From assembly GCA_021838065.1 (NCBI GenBank), contig JAKCEJ010000001.1:1-32627 (forward strand): a stretch of DNA of 32,627 bases, written 5' to 3'. Below are positions 9,432-17,335 of this stretch, piece after piece. The notes under the pieces are model-generated. The model searched no databases, was not told the DNA's origin, and saw only the letters and a list, made by a program, of their open reading frames with translations. Position numbers and translations under genes: made by a program. How positions within the stretch are numbered: position 1 is the first letter of the stretch; the number at the start of each line of letters is the position of its first letter. This DNA is from Pseudomonadota bacterium (GTDB lineage Bacteria; Pseudomonadota; Gammaproteobacteria; Steroidobacterales; Steroidobacteraceae).

Positions 9432-9433
9432 GT

Positions 9434-10891
9434 TCACCGTACGTCGACCGGCACGAACAGCCGCGTGCCGCCGCGCTGAATCAGCAGCGCGACGTGGCCC
9501 TTGGAGCGGGCAACGGCCGTGCGCAGCTCGCTCGGCGTGGACACCGGCTCGCCATTGGCCGAGAGGACGATGTCGCCCGCCTGGATGCCGGCATCCTGCG
9601 CCGGGCCGCTTACGCTCTGCACCATCAGGCCGCCATGGGTGTTGTCCTGCGCCCTCTCGTCGGCCGTCAGCGGGCGCACCACCAGCCCCAGCCGCCCGCC
9701 AGGCCCCGGCCCGCCGCTCGCGGCCGTCAGGGCATCGTTGCCCATGGCGCCGAGGGTGACCGTGACGTGCCGCTCGGCGTGCTTGCGCCAGATTGTCAGG
9801 TCCACCTTGGTGCCGGGCAGCAGGCTCGCGACGCGCACCGGCAGATCGCTGTAGCTGGCGATCTTGTGGCCGTCGAGCGCGATGATCACATCGCCCGGCT
9901 CGATGCCGGCCTTCTTCGCCGGGCTACCCGCATTGACGTCCGCGACGAGGGCGCCTTCCGGCTCAGGCAGCCCGAACGAATCGGCCAGATCCTGATTGAG
10001 CGGCTGGATGATCACGCCGAGCTCGCCGCGGCGCACGTGGCCGGTGGCGACCAGCTGATCGGCGACGTGCATCGCCACGTTGATCGGGATCGAGAACGAC
10101 AGGCCCATGTAGCCGCCCGAGCGGCTGTAGATCTGCGAGTTGATGCCGACCACCTGGCCCTGCATGTTGAACAGCGGCCCGCCGGAGTTGCCCGGATTGA
10201 TCGGCACGTCGGTCTGAATGAACGGGACGTAGTGCGAATCCGGCAGCAATCGGCCCTTGGCGCTGACGATGCCCGCGGTGGCGGTGTTCTTGAAGTTGAA
10301 CGGCGCGCCGATCGCGAGCACCCACTGCCCGACCTCGAGCTTGCTCGAGTCGCCGATCTGCACCGTTGGCAGGTTGGTGGCCTGGATCTTGACCACGGCT
10401 ACGTCCGAGACCTTGTCCATCCCGATCACCTTGCCGGGATACTGGCGGCGGTCACTCAGCTGCACGGTGATCTTGCTGGCGCCGGCGACCACGTGGGCGT
10501 TGGTCAGGATCACGCCGTCGGGACGGATGATGAACCCCGAGCCCTCGCCCTCGATGGGCGCCTGGTGCGGGGCCTGGTACGGGAAGTTGCGGAAGAACGG
10601 CGCGAACGGGCTGTTCGGCCCGAACGGCGAGCCTTCCATGCCGGCTCCGGGCGCCTTCTCGATGACGCGGATGCTCACCACCGCCGGGCCGTACTTCTTG
10701 ACCAGGCTGGAGAAGTCCGGCAGCACCACGGCCACGCCGCCGCGCGGTGAGCTCGAGGTCACCCCCTCCGGCGGGATGTTCGCAGCGCTGGCGTTGCGCA
10801 CGCTGTAGAGCGCGGCCAGCGGTGCGGCGCCGATGAGCGCCCCGAGCGCCGCGGCGACCAGCGGATTTCGAATCAATTTCCTCATGGTCAT
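9434..10891 (-). CDS. Do-family periplasmic serine endopeptidase (DegP/DegQ/MucD-like), two PDZ domains
   Basis: 485 aa with a signal peptide MTMRKLIRNPLVAAALGALIGAAPLAA. Triad contexts are TNAHVV, DVAVVKI and GNSGGPLFN. Two PDZ-like regions follow (LGVIIQPLN..., LGLVVRPLT...). Confidence 0.9.
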   Translation of the reverse strand: MTMRKLIRNPLVAAALGALIGAAPLAALYSVRNASAANIPPEGVTSSSPRGGVAVVLPDFSSLVKKYGPAVVSIRVIEKAPGAGMEGSPFGPNSPFAPFFRNFPYQAPHQAPIEGEGSGFIIRPDGVILTNAHVVAGASKITVQLSDRRQYPGKVIGMDKVSDVAVVKIQATNLPTVQIGDSSKLEVGQWVLAIGAPFNFKNTATAGIVSAKGRLLPDSHYVPFIQTDVPINPGNSGGPLFNMQGQVVGINSQIYSRSGGYMGLSFSIPINVAMHVADQLVATGHVRRGELGVIIQPLNQDLADSFGLPEPEGALVADVNAGSPAKKAGIEPGDVIIALDGHKIASYSDLPVRVASLLPGTKVDLTIWRKHAERHVTVTLGAMGNDALTAASGGPGPGGRLGLVVRPLTADERAQDNTHGGLMVQSVSGPAQDAGIQAGDIVLSANGEPVSTPSELRTAVARSKGHVALLIQRGGTRLFVPVDVR

Positions 10892-10969
10892 ATCAGCCTC
10901 TGCGAATCCGATTGTCGGGATACGAATGAATCCGGCCTCTGAGCATACCGGGCCAATCTTAAGTGACCC

Positions 10970-11983
10970 TTAAGGCCGCCCGGCCGGAGCGCTCGCGCCG
11001 TGGTTATCCGCCCATCCGGCGCGTGTGTCCAGCCAATGGACCAGTCCCTGGGCATTCAGTTCGAGGTCCCCGCCGAGCAGCTCCGCGAGCCGCGCGTCGT
11101 TGACCGGGCAGCCGTGGCGGTGGGCCAGGTCGCGCCACAGCTCCCACATCGCCGCGCGGATCGCGCCGTGGCGGTCCGGGGCCGCGGCGTTCGCGCGGGC
11201 GATGCGCTCGAGCTCGCGGATCTGGCTCTTGAGCGCGGCGCCGAGCCGCGCCACGCCGGTCACCCGGCTGAAGTGCATCAGGTACATCGCCTCGGGCGCA
11301 TAGCCGAGGAGCCGGTCGATCGAGGTGCACAGCTGAGCGGGATCGAACTGGGTCGGGGTGGTGGTCGGGGTGATGAACGCGCCGGCGGGACTGTCGAGCT
11401 CCCGGTATGAGACGCCGAACGTATCGCCGGTGAAGATGCAGCGGTGCGCGCCGTCGACGAACACCTGATGATGCAGCGCGTGGCCGGGGGTGTGCAGGAT
11501 CTCGAGCTCCCGCCCGCCGAGGCTGAGCCGCTCCCCGTGGCGCGTGACCCGTACTCGCTCGGCGGCGATGGGCTCGATCTGACCGTACAGCCGCTCGAAG
11601 CGCTCAGGGCCGTAGACCGAGCGCGAGCCGGCGATGAGCCGGGCCGGGTCGATCATGTGCGGCGCGCCCCGCGGGTGCAGCACGCACACGGCGTTGGGCA
11701 GCGCCCGCATGAGACGGCCCGCCCCGCCGGCGTGATCGAGGTGCACGTGGGTGAGCAGGACGTAGTCGACTGCTTGCGGCCTCAGCTCGAGCGCGCGCAG
11801 CGCCGCGAGCAGATAGGGCACCGAGTCATTGGTGCCCACATCGACGAACGCGGCGCGTCCGTCCTGCTGGACGAGGTGCGCGGCGGCGTGTCCCGGGTGC
11901 AGGTACTCGGTGTCGACGGCGGTGATGCCGTCGGGATGGCGCGACAGCCGCGGCGTCGGCAGCGCCGAAATCTCATCAGTCAT
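10970..11983 (-). CDS. MBL-fold metallo-hydrolase
   Basis: Start is ATG 11983, inside ORF 10970..12187: MTDEISALPTP... It has the metal motif LLTHVHLDHAGG, later HTPGH and TGD, and a ~100-aa helical C-terminal extension. Substrate unknown. Confidence 0.8.
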   Translation of the reverse strand: MTDEISALPTPRLSRHPDGITAVDTEYLHPGHAAAHLVQQDGRAAFVDVGTNDSVPYLLAALRALELRPQAVDYVLLTHVHLDHAGGAGRLMRALPNAVCVLHPRGAPHMIDPARLIAGSRSVYGPERFERLYGQIEPIAAERVRVTRHGERLSLGGRELEILHTPGHALHHQVFVDGAHRCIFTGDTFGVSYRELDSPAGAFITPTTTPTQFDPAQLCTSIDRLLGYAPEAMYLMHFSRVTGVARLGAALKSQIRELERIARANAAAPDRHGAIRAAMWELWRDLAHRHGCPVNDARLAELLGGDLELNAQGLVHWLDTRAGWADNHGASAPAGRP

Positions 11984-12018
11984 GCGGTCATGGTAGCCGG
12001 TTGCGTTAGCATAGCGAT

Positions 12019-13947
12019 ATGACTTTCCCGATGATGGCCGGCCGGGCGCTCGCCGCCACGGCACTGCTCGCCTGTTACCTCGCGCCGCATGCGCAGGCCG
12101 CGCCGCTGTCCGGCCTTGGCGCCATGCCGCCGCTCGCGCCGTCGCTGGTGCGGCGTCTGGCGCGCGCCGAGCAGTGGCGCGGCGCACGCTTTCTCGATTG
12201 GCTGCCCGGCGGGCAGATGCTCATCGAGACGCACAGGGGCCGGCGCATCGTGCTCGCGCGTCTCGCCGCCCCGGCCGCCAAGCCGACCGCAGTGGTCTCA
12301 CTCGCCGAAGGGATCGGCCGGGCGCTCGCGCCGCGCGTCGGACAGGGTCTGCTCTACCCGCAGCACGCGGGCGGCGCAACGCACTGGCTGCTGCGCGAGG
12401 GGAAGGGCCCCGCCCGTCCGTTCGCCGCCAGCCAGACGGTGAGCGGAGTGCCCGTATGGTCCGCCGACGGGCGGCAGGTCGCGTTTCTCGGGGCGGCGCC
12501 CGGCGGCGCGAGCGGGGCCGTCTACATCGACAGCGTCGCGGACGGCGGGATTGCGCGTCTGGTGGTCGGCGCGCTCGCCGGCCGGTGGCGGCTGCTCGAC
12601 TGGTCGCGCGATGGACGGCAGCTGCTGCTCGCGCACGATGAGGGCCCGGACGAGGAATCCCTCTACACGGTGCGCACGAGCGACGGCGCGCTCACGCGCC
12701 TGCCGCTGCCGCCGTCGCGGATCGCGGCGGCCCGGTTCACGCCGGGCGGCGCCGCGGTGTACGTCGTTTCGAATCAGGGCGGCGAGTACCGGCAGCTGCT
12801 GCGCCTGAATGCCCTCACGGGCCGCATCCGCACGCTCTCTGTCGATCTGCCCTGGGATGTCGAGCGCTTTGCCGCCAGCCCCGGCGGGCGCTATCTCGCC
12901 TACACGGTCGATGTGGACGGCCAGAGCCGCCTGCACGTGCGCAATCGCCGCCTGAAGCTCGATGTCGCGGTCCCCTGGCTCGAGGACGGGGTCATCGACG
13001 ACCTGCATTTCGGCTCCGGTCACCGCCTGGCGTTCACGTTCCAGTCCAGCCGTCAGCCGCCCGCGATCTACGTGTACGACGCCGCCAAGGGGCTGGTGAG
13101 CCGCTGGTGCGCGGGCGCCGCCGCCCCGTTGGGATCGGTCGGGCCGGCCCGGGCGCGGCTGGTGCACTACCCGACCTGGGATCGGGTCGACGGCCACTGG
13201 CGCATGCTCTCGGCCTACATCTACCTGCCGCCGGGATCGGGTCCCACGCCCGTGCTGATCGTGCTGCACTCGGGCGCGGCGGGACAGTTTCGGCCCCGCT
13301 GGCGGCCGTTCCTGCAGTTCGTGGCCAACGACCTCGGCTACGCGGTCATCGCGCCGAATGTGCGCGGCTCCTCGGGATACGGCCGCAGTTTCCGTACGCT
13401 GGTCGAGGGCACGCACCGCGATGATCCCGTGCGCGACATCGGCTCGCTGATGGTCTGGATCAGCATGCAGCCGGGATTCGACGTGCATCGCATCGTGCTC
13501 ATGGGCCGCGGCTACGGCGGCTGGCTCGCGGTCAACTGCCTGGCCACCTTCGACGGGCATCTGCTCGGGGCGATCGACGTCGACGGCATCTCGAGCCTCG
13601 ATGATTTCATCGCCCGCGCGCCCGCGGCCGAGCGCGCGTTCCGCGCGGCCGAGATCGGCGATCCCGGGGATCCGTCGGTGTCGGGTTTTCTGCGCCAGAT
13701 CTCCCCGCTCGGAGAGGTGCGGCGGATCCGCGCGCCGCTGCTGATCGTGCAGGGGCCGGCCGGGGATGCGGTGCGCGCCGCCGACGCGCAGCAACTGGCC
13801 GATCTGCTGCGCTTCCATGGCCGGCCGGTCGAGACGCTCACCGTTGCCGCGGCCGGGCGGCGCTTCGCAGCGCCTGCCGCGCGGCGCGCGCTCGATACGG
13901 CCGCCGCGCGGTTCCTGCTGGCGCTGAAGTCCCATCGGGCCAAGTGA
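12019..13947 (+). CDS. Secreted S9 (prolyl oligopeptidase / acylaminoacyl peptidase) fold protein with beta-propeller; catalytic Ser and His apparently substituted
   Basis: 642-aa ORF (ATG 12019; in-frame ATGs at 12031/12034 give a cleaner signal peptide MMAGRALAATALLACYLAPHAQA). PD40-like repeats are present (WSADGRQVAFLG, WSRDGRQLLLAH, ASPGGRYLAYTVDVDGQ). The C-terminal alpha/beta-hydrolase blocks are PNVRGSSGYGRSF and LLIVQGPAGDAV. The nucleophile elbow reads GRGYGG, not GxSxGG. Confidence 0.75.
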   Translation: MTFPMMAGRALAATALLACYLAPHAQAAPLSGLGAMPPLAPSLVRRLARAEQWRGARFLDWLPGGQMLIETHRGRRIVLARLAAPAAKPTAVVSLAEGIGRALAPRVGQGLLYPQHAGGATHWLLREGKGPARPFAASQTVSGVPVWSADGRQVAFLGAAPGGASGAVYIDSVADGGIARLVVGALAGRWRLLDWSRDGRQLLLAHDEGPDEESLYTVRTSDGALTRLPLPPSRIAAARFTPGGAAVYVVSNQGGEYRQLLRLNALTGRIRTLSVDLPWDVERFAASPGGRYLAYTVDVDGQSRLHVRNRRLKLDVAVPWLEDGVIDDLHFGSGHRLAFTFQSSRQPPAIYVYDAAKGLVSRWCAGAAAPLGSVGPARARLVHYPTWDRVDGHWRMLSAYIYLPPGSGPTPVLIVLHSGAAGQFRPRWRPFLQFVANDLGYAVIAPNVRGSSGYGRSFRTLVEGTHRDDPVRDIGSLMVWISMQPGFDVHRIVLMGRGYGGWLAVNCLATFDGHLLGAIDVDGISSLDDFIARAPAAERAFRAAEIGDPGDPSVSGFLRQISPLGEVRRIRAPLLIVQGPAGDAVRAADAQQLADLLRFHGRPVETLTVAAAGRRFAAPAARRALDTAAARFLLALKSHRAK

Positions 13948-13977
13948 GCGCGCTGCGCACGCGGCGCCGCGGACGGC

Positions 13978-15303
13978 TCAGGCGGGCGGTGCCGGGGCGA
14001 ACGCGACGGTGACGGTGAGGCCGCGCCCCCCCGGGCCTCCTCCCAGCTCGATGCGCGCGCCGTGCGCGTCGGCGATCGCCTTGACGATGGCGAGCCCGAG
14101 GCCGCTGCCGGGGGCGAGCGCGCCGGGCTGGCGGTAGAAGCGGTCGAAGACGCGCGTGCGCTCCTCGGGCGCGATCCCCGGGCCGTTGTCCGCGACCCTC
14201 AGGCGCACCTGTCCGTCATCCGCCCGCGCCTGCGTGACCGACACGTCGACCTGGCCGCCGGGCGGCGTGTAGCGCACGGCGTTGTCGACCAGATTGCGCA
14301 CCAGGGTCGCGATCGACTCGGGATCGCCGAGAATCACCGCCGGCTCGGCATCGGCGATGCCCAGATCGATGTGGCGCGCGTCCGCGAGCGGCACCAGCTC
14401 GGCGATCACCTCGCGTGAGAGCTCATCGAGCGCGATGCGCCCGTGCTGCGGCTCGGCGCGCGGCTCCTGGCGGGCGAGCGAGAGCAGCTGCTCGACGAGC
14501 CGGATCGAGCGCTGCACGCCGGCCGAGAGCCGCTCCATGGCCTCGGTGCGCTCGCTGTCCGAGCCGGCGCGCGCCAGCGCGTCGAGCTGCAGATGCAGCG
14601 CCGTGAGCGGCGTGCGCAGCTCGTGCGCGGCGTCGGCGACGAACGCGCGCTCGCGGTCGAGCGCCGCGCAGAGACGCCCCAGCAGGTCATTCAGCGCCGC
14701 GACCAGCGGCTGCACCTCATCGGGCAGCTGCGCGAGCGGCAGCGGCTCGAGCGCGCTCACCTTGCGGGCCTTGACCGAGCCGGCCAGGCGCTTCAGCGGC
14801 AGCAACGTATGCCCGACCACAAACCAGACCAGGATCCCGAGAATGGGCACCGCGAGCGCGAACGGCACCAGCGTCGGGATCGCCAGCTTCAGGGCCTGCT
14901 GGCGGCGCACGCGCATCAGCTGCGCCACCTGGATCACCCGTGTGGGCGAGGCGACGCCGTACACGCGCCAGCGGCCCTCGCTGGTCTTGACGGTCGAGAA
15001 GCCGATGGTCGCGAAGTTGGGCAGCACCGTGTGCGGCGGCGCCCAGATGCGCTGGCCGTCGATCGTCCAGACCTGCACCACGAAGCCGTACTCCGCCGCG
15101 CGCGAGGGGATCTCCAGCGGGGCGAGGTATTCCACCGGCTGATCGCGCAGCAGCAACGCCATCTGCTCGAGGTGGTAGTCGAAGTAAAGGTCCGCCTGCT
15201 TCAGCGCGTTGTGATACTCGACCAGGCCGCCGCACAGGCCCACCACGGCGATGCCGCCGAGCAGCCACGCCAGCAGGCGCGCGCGCAGCGAGCTTGGCGT
15301 CAC
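13978..15303 (-). CDS. Two-component sensor histidine kinase (QseC/PmrB-like)
   Basis: 441 aa with a GTG start at 15303, overlapping the regulator's stop (GTGA). It has two TM segments flanking a periplasmic domain, an H-box AAHELRTPLTAL, an N-box NLVDNAVRYTP, and G-boxes DNGPGI and GSGLGLAIV. Confidence 0.9.
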   Translation of the reverse strand: MTPSSLRARLLAWLLGGIAVVGLCGGLVEYHNALKQADLYFDYHLEQMALLLRDQPVEYLAPLEIPSRAAEYGFVVQVWTIDGQRIWAPPHTVLPNFATIGFSTVKTSEGRWRVYGVASPTRVIQVAQLMRVRRQQALKLAIPTLVPFALAVPILGILVWFVVGHTLLPLKRLAGSVKARKVSALEPLPLAQLPDEVQPLVAALNDLLGRLCAALDRERAFVADAAHELRTPLTALHLQLDALARAGSDSERTEAMERLSAGVQRSIRLVEQLLSLARQEPRAEPQHGRIALDELSREVIAELVPLADARHIDLGIADAEPAVILGDPESIATLVRNLVDNAVRYTPPGGQVDVSVTQARADDGQVRLRVADNGPGIAPEERTRVFDRFYRQPGALAPGSGLGLAIVKAIADAHGARIELGGGPGGRGLTVTVAFAPAPPA

Positions 15304-15959
15304 GAAGGCCGCACCCGGTAGCCGACGCCGCGCACGGTGAGGATGAAATCCGTGCCCAGCTTGCGGCGCAGGCCGTGTACGTGCACCTCGACGGCATTGC
15401 TTTCGATTTCCTCTCCCCAGCCGTAGAGCCGCTGCTCGATGCGGGCGCGCGAGTGGATGGTGCCGGGACGCTCCATCAGCAGCTGCAGCAGCGCGAATTC
15501 CTTCGGCGAGAGCGCGATGTCCTGCCCGTCGCGCGCCACGGTGTGCGCGGCGGGATTGAGGACCACCCCGAGGTGCCCGATCGCGGGGGTGGGCTGGCCC
15601 GATTTGCGCCGCAGCAGCGCGCGGATGCGCGCGGCGAGCTCGTCCAGATCGAACGGCTTGACCAGGTAGTCGTCGGCGCCGGCATCCAGGCCCTGCACTC
15701 GGTCCGAGACCGCATCGCGCGCGGTGAGAATGATCACCGGCACCGTATCGCCGCGCGAGCGCAGGTCGCTCAGCACCGCCAGGCCCGCCTTGCCGGGCAG
15801 CCCCAGATCGAGCAGCAGCAGGTCGAAGGTATCGGTCTTGAGCACTTGCTCGGCGGTTTGCCCGTCGTGGACCCAGTCCACTGTGAACCCGTCGCGCCGC
15901 AACCCGGCGCGGATCGCCTCGCCGATCATGGCGTCATCCTCCACGAGCAGCAGTCTCAC
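15300..15959 (-). CDS. OmpR/PhoB-family response regulator (QseB/PmrA-like)
   Basis: 219 aa with a GTG start at 15959. The receiver domain reads MRLLLVEDD...LLLLDLGLPG...LTARD...KPF, followed by a winged-helix C-terminus ...LSPKEFALLQLLMERPG...VEVHVHGLRRKLG...TVRGVGYR. Confidence 0.9.
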   Translation of the reverse strand: MRLLLVEDDAMIGEAIRAGLRRDGFTVDWVHDGQTAEQVLKTDTFDLLLLDLGLPGKAGLAVLSDLRSRGDTVPVIILTARDAVSDRVQGLDAGADDYLVKPFDLDELAARIRALLRRKSGQPTPAIGHLGVVLNPAAHTVARDGQDIALSPKEFALLQLLMERPGTIHSRARIEQRLYGWGEEIESNAVEVHVHGLRRKLGTDFILTVRGVGYRVRPS

Positions 15960-16054
15960 GGCATGGCCTCGCCCGGCGCGCTCGCGCGCGCAATTTTTTC
16001 ACCGCGCGGCCCCCGCCTCTGCCACAATCGGTCCCGTTCGAGGCCGCTCGACCC

Positions 16055-16756
16055 ATGAGTTCCTCCCACCCGCCGCACGGGGCGCCCGCCGCCCAGGGCA
16101 CTGTTCCCACGCTCATCCACGCCGCCGCCGCGCTCGGCGTCGCGCTGACGGAGCACGATGCGCTGCGGCTGTTGCAGCTGCTGGAGGAGTTGGCCCGCTG
16201 GAACCGCCGTTTCAACCTGACGGCCATCACGGATCGGGCGGACATGGTAACGCATCACCTGCTCGACAGTCTGGCGGTGCACCGCTATCTGCAGGGCGCC
16301 CGCATCGCCGATGTCGGCACCGGCGCGGGGTTCCCGGGTCTGCCGCTCGCGCTCGCCAACCCCGAGCGGCGCTTTACGCTGATCGATTCGAACGGCAAGA
16401 AGGTCCGCTTCGTCTCTCATGCCGCGCACGCGCTGGGCTTGGTGAATGTCGATGCCGTCCAGGCGCGCATCGAGACGCTGCGGCCAGACGCCCCGTTCGA
16501 CACCGTCCTGGCTCGCGCGTTCGCGGCGCTGCCGGCGCTGATCGGCCTCGCTGCGCCGCTCTGTGGTCCGTCGACGCGCATCCTCGCCCTGAAGGGCAAG
16601 TGGCCGAAGGCGGAGCTCGATGCGCTGCCGCCCGGCTGGCAGGCCGAGACCATTCCGCTCGCCGTGCCGGGGCTCGCCGAGGACCGCTGTCTCATCATTC
16701 TCAGCGCGGCGAGCCCTTCGCAGTGCCCGTCAGCGGCAGCGCCGTGGTCTCCTTGA
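16055..16756 (+). CDS. rsmG: 16S rRNA (guanine527-N7)-methyltransferase RsmG (GidB)
   Basis: 233 aa: ...LLEELARWNRRFNLTAI...HLLDSL...IADVGTGAGFPGLPLAL...FTLIDSNGKKVRF...VLARAFA...ILALKG. This is the typical RsmG block order. The last ~18 codons overlap the convergent lrp-family gene. Confidence 0.9.
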   Translation: MSSSHPPHGAPAAQGTVPTLIHAAAALGVALTEHDALRLLQLLEELARWNRRFNLTAITDRADMVTHHLLDSLAVHRYLQGARIADVGTGAGFPGLPLALANPERRFTLIDSNGKKVRFVSHAAHALGLVNVDAVQARIETLRPDAPFDTVLARAFAALPALIGLAAPLCGPSTRILALKGKWPKAELDALPPGWQAETIPLAVPGLAEDRCLIILSAASPSQCPSAAAPWSP

Positions 16757-17192
16757 TGACCGACAGCGCGATGAAGGAGTGCACCGACTGGACGCCCGGG
16801 AAGCGCGAGAGATGATCGAGGAAGAACGCCTCGTATGATTTGATGTCGCGGCAGGCGATGCGCAGCAGAAAATCCGTCTCGCCCATGAGCGTGTAGCACT
16901 CGAGAATTTCGGGGTGCTGGCGCACCGCCTGTTCGAACCTCAGCAGCGCATCGCGCCCGTGCCCGGCGAGCTTCACCTGAGAGAACACCAGGACGTTCAG
17001 GCCCACCTTCTCACGATCGAGCAGCGCCACTCTTTTGCGGATCACGCCGGACTCCTCCAGGCGGGTCATGCGCCGCCAGCAGGTCGAGGTGGTCATGCCC
17101 AGCCGCTCGGCGAGCTCGGCGGCCGAGAGGTTGCCGTGCTCCTGGACCAGGTCCAGGATCCGCACGTCGCCGCGGTCGAATTCAGTCTGCAT
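16701..17192 (-). CDS. Lrp/AsnC-family transcriptional regulator
   Basis: The ORF track begins at a TTG (17207). ATG 17192 (MQTEFDRGDVRILDLVQEHGNLSAAELAERLGMTTSTCWRRMTRLEESGVI) fits the family N-terminus, and ATG 17204 is an alternative. It has an HTH domain plus a RAM/AsnC_trans_reg C-terminal domain. Confidence 0.85.
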   Translation of the reverse strand: MQTEFDRGDVRILDLVQEHGNLSAAELAERLGMTTSTCWRRMTRLEESGVIRKRVALLDREKVGLNVLVFSQVKLAGHGRDALLRFEQAVRQHPEILECYTLMGETDFLLRIACRDIKSYEAFFLDHLSRFPGVQSVHSFIALSVIKETTALPLTGTAKGSPR

Positions 17193-17223
17193 AAGATATC
17201 CCATCAAATGGACCCTATATGGA

Positions 17224-17236
17224 ATGAATGATTCAT
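17224..17236. promoter_or_regulatory. Perfect palindrome ATGAAT-G-ATTCAT in the lrp-family/ldh divergent spacer (candidate operator)
   Basis: Read directly at 17224-17236, and flanked by GGA/TCC, which extends the symmetry. It lies in the only AT-rich patch of the 143-bp divergent region. Lrp-family proteins bind AT-rich inverted repeats. No binding data exist. Confidence 0.35.
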
Positions 17237-17335
17237 CCAGACGGCCAATAGAGCAAGCTTTGTGACGCGCGGTGCATCCCTCGGGCGTAAGGTGACCCCG
17301 CCCGGGCGCAGGCCCGAGACCGCTGGAGCGAGCCG

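Noticed and set aside
10904-10934. GAATCCG direct repeat (10904-10910 and 10928-10934) upstream of the degP-like gene, plus a search for a sigmaE-type promoter (GAACTT-N16-TCTGA)
   Set aside because: I could find no acceptable sigmaE -35/-10 pair on the minus strand. A 7-mer repeat in a 78-nt spacer is within chance expectation.
15976-15999. Short GC stem (gcgcg-ctcg-cgcgc) followed by a T6 run, resembling an intrinsic terminator upstream of rsmG
   Set aside because: No plus-strand gene lies upstream to be terminated, because the neighbour is the minus-strand response regulator start. The stem is only ~5 bp. More likely it is just the AT-rich part of the divergent promoter region.
15960-16054. 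Possibility of oriC / DnaA boxes next to rsmG (as in E. coli gidA-oriC), or in the parB-atpI spacer (20318..20527)
   Set aside because: I found no TTATCCACA / TGTGGATAA-like 9-mers and no AT-rich 13-mer cluster in either spacer. The only near match (TTATCCGCC, ~11003) is inside the MBL hydrolase gene.
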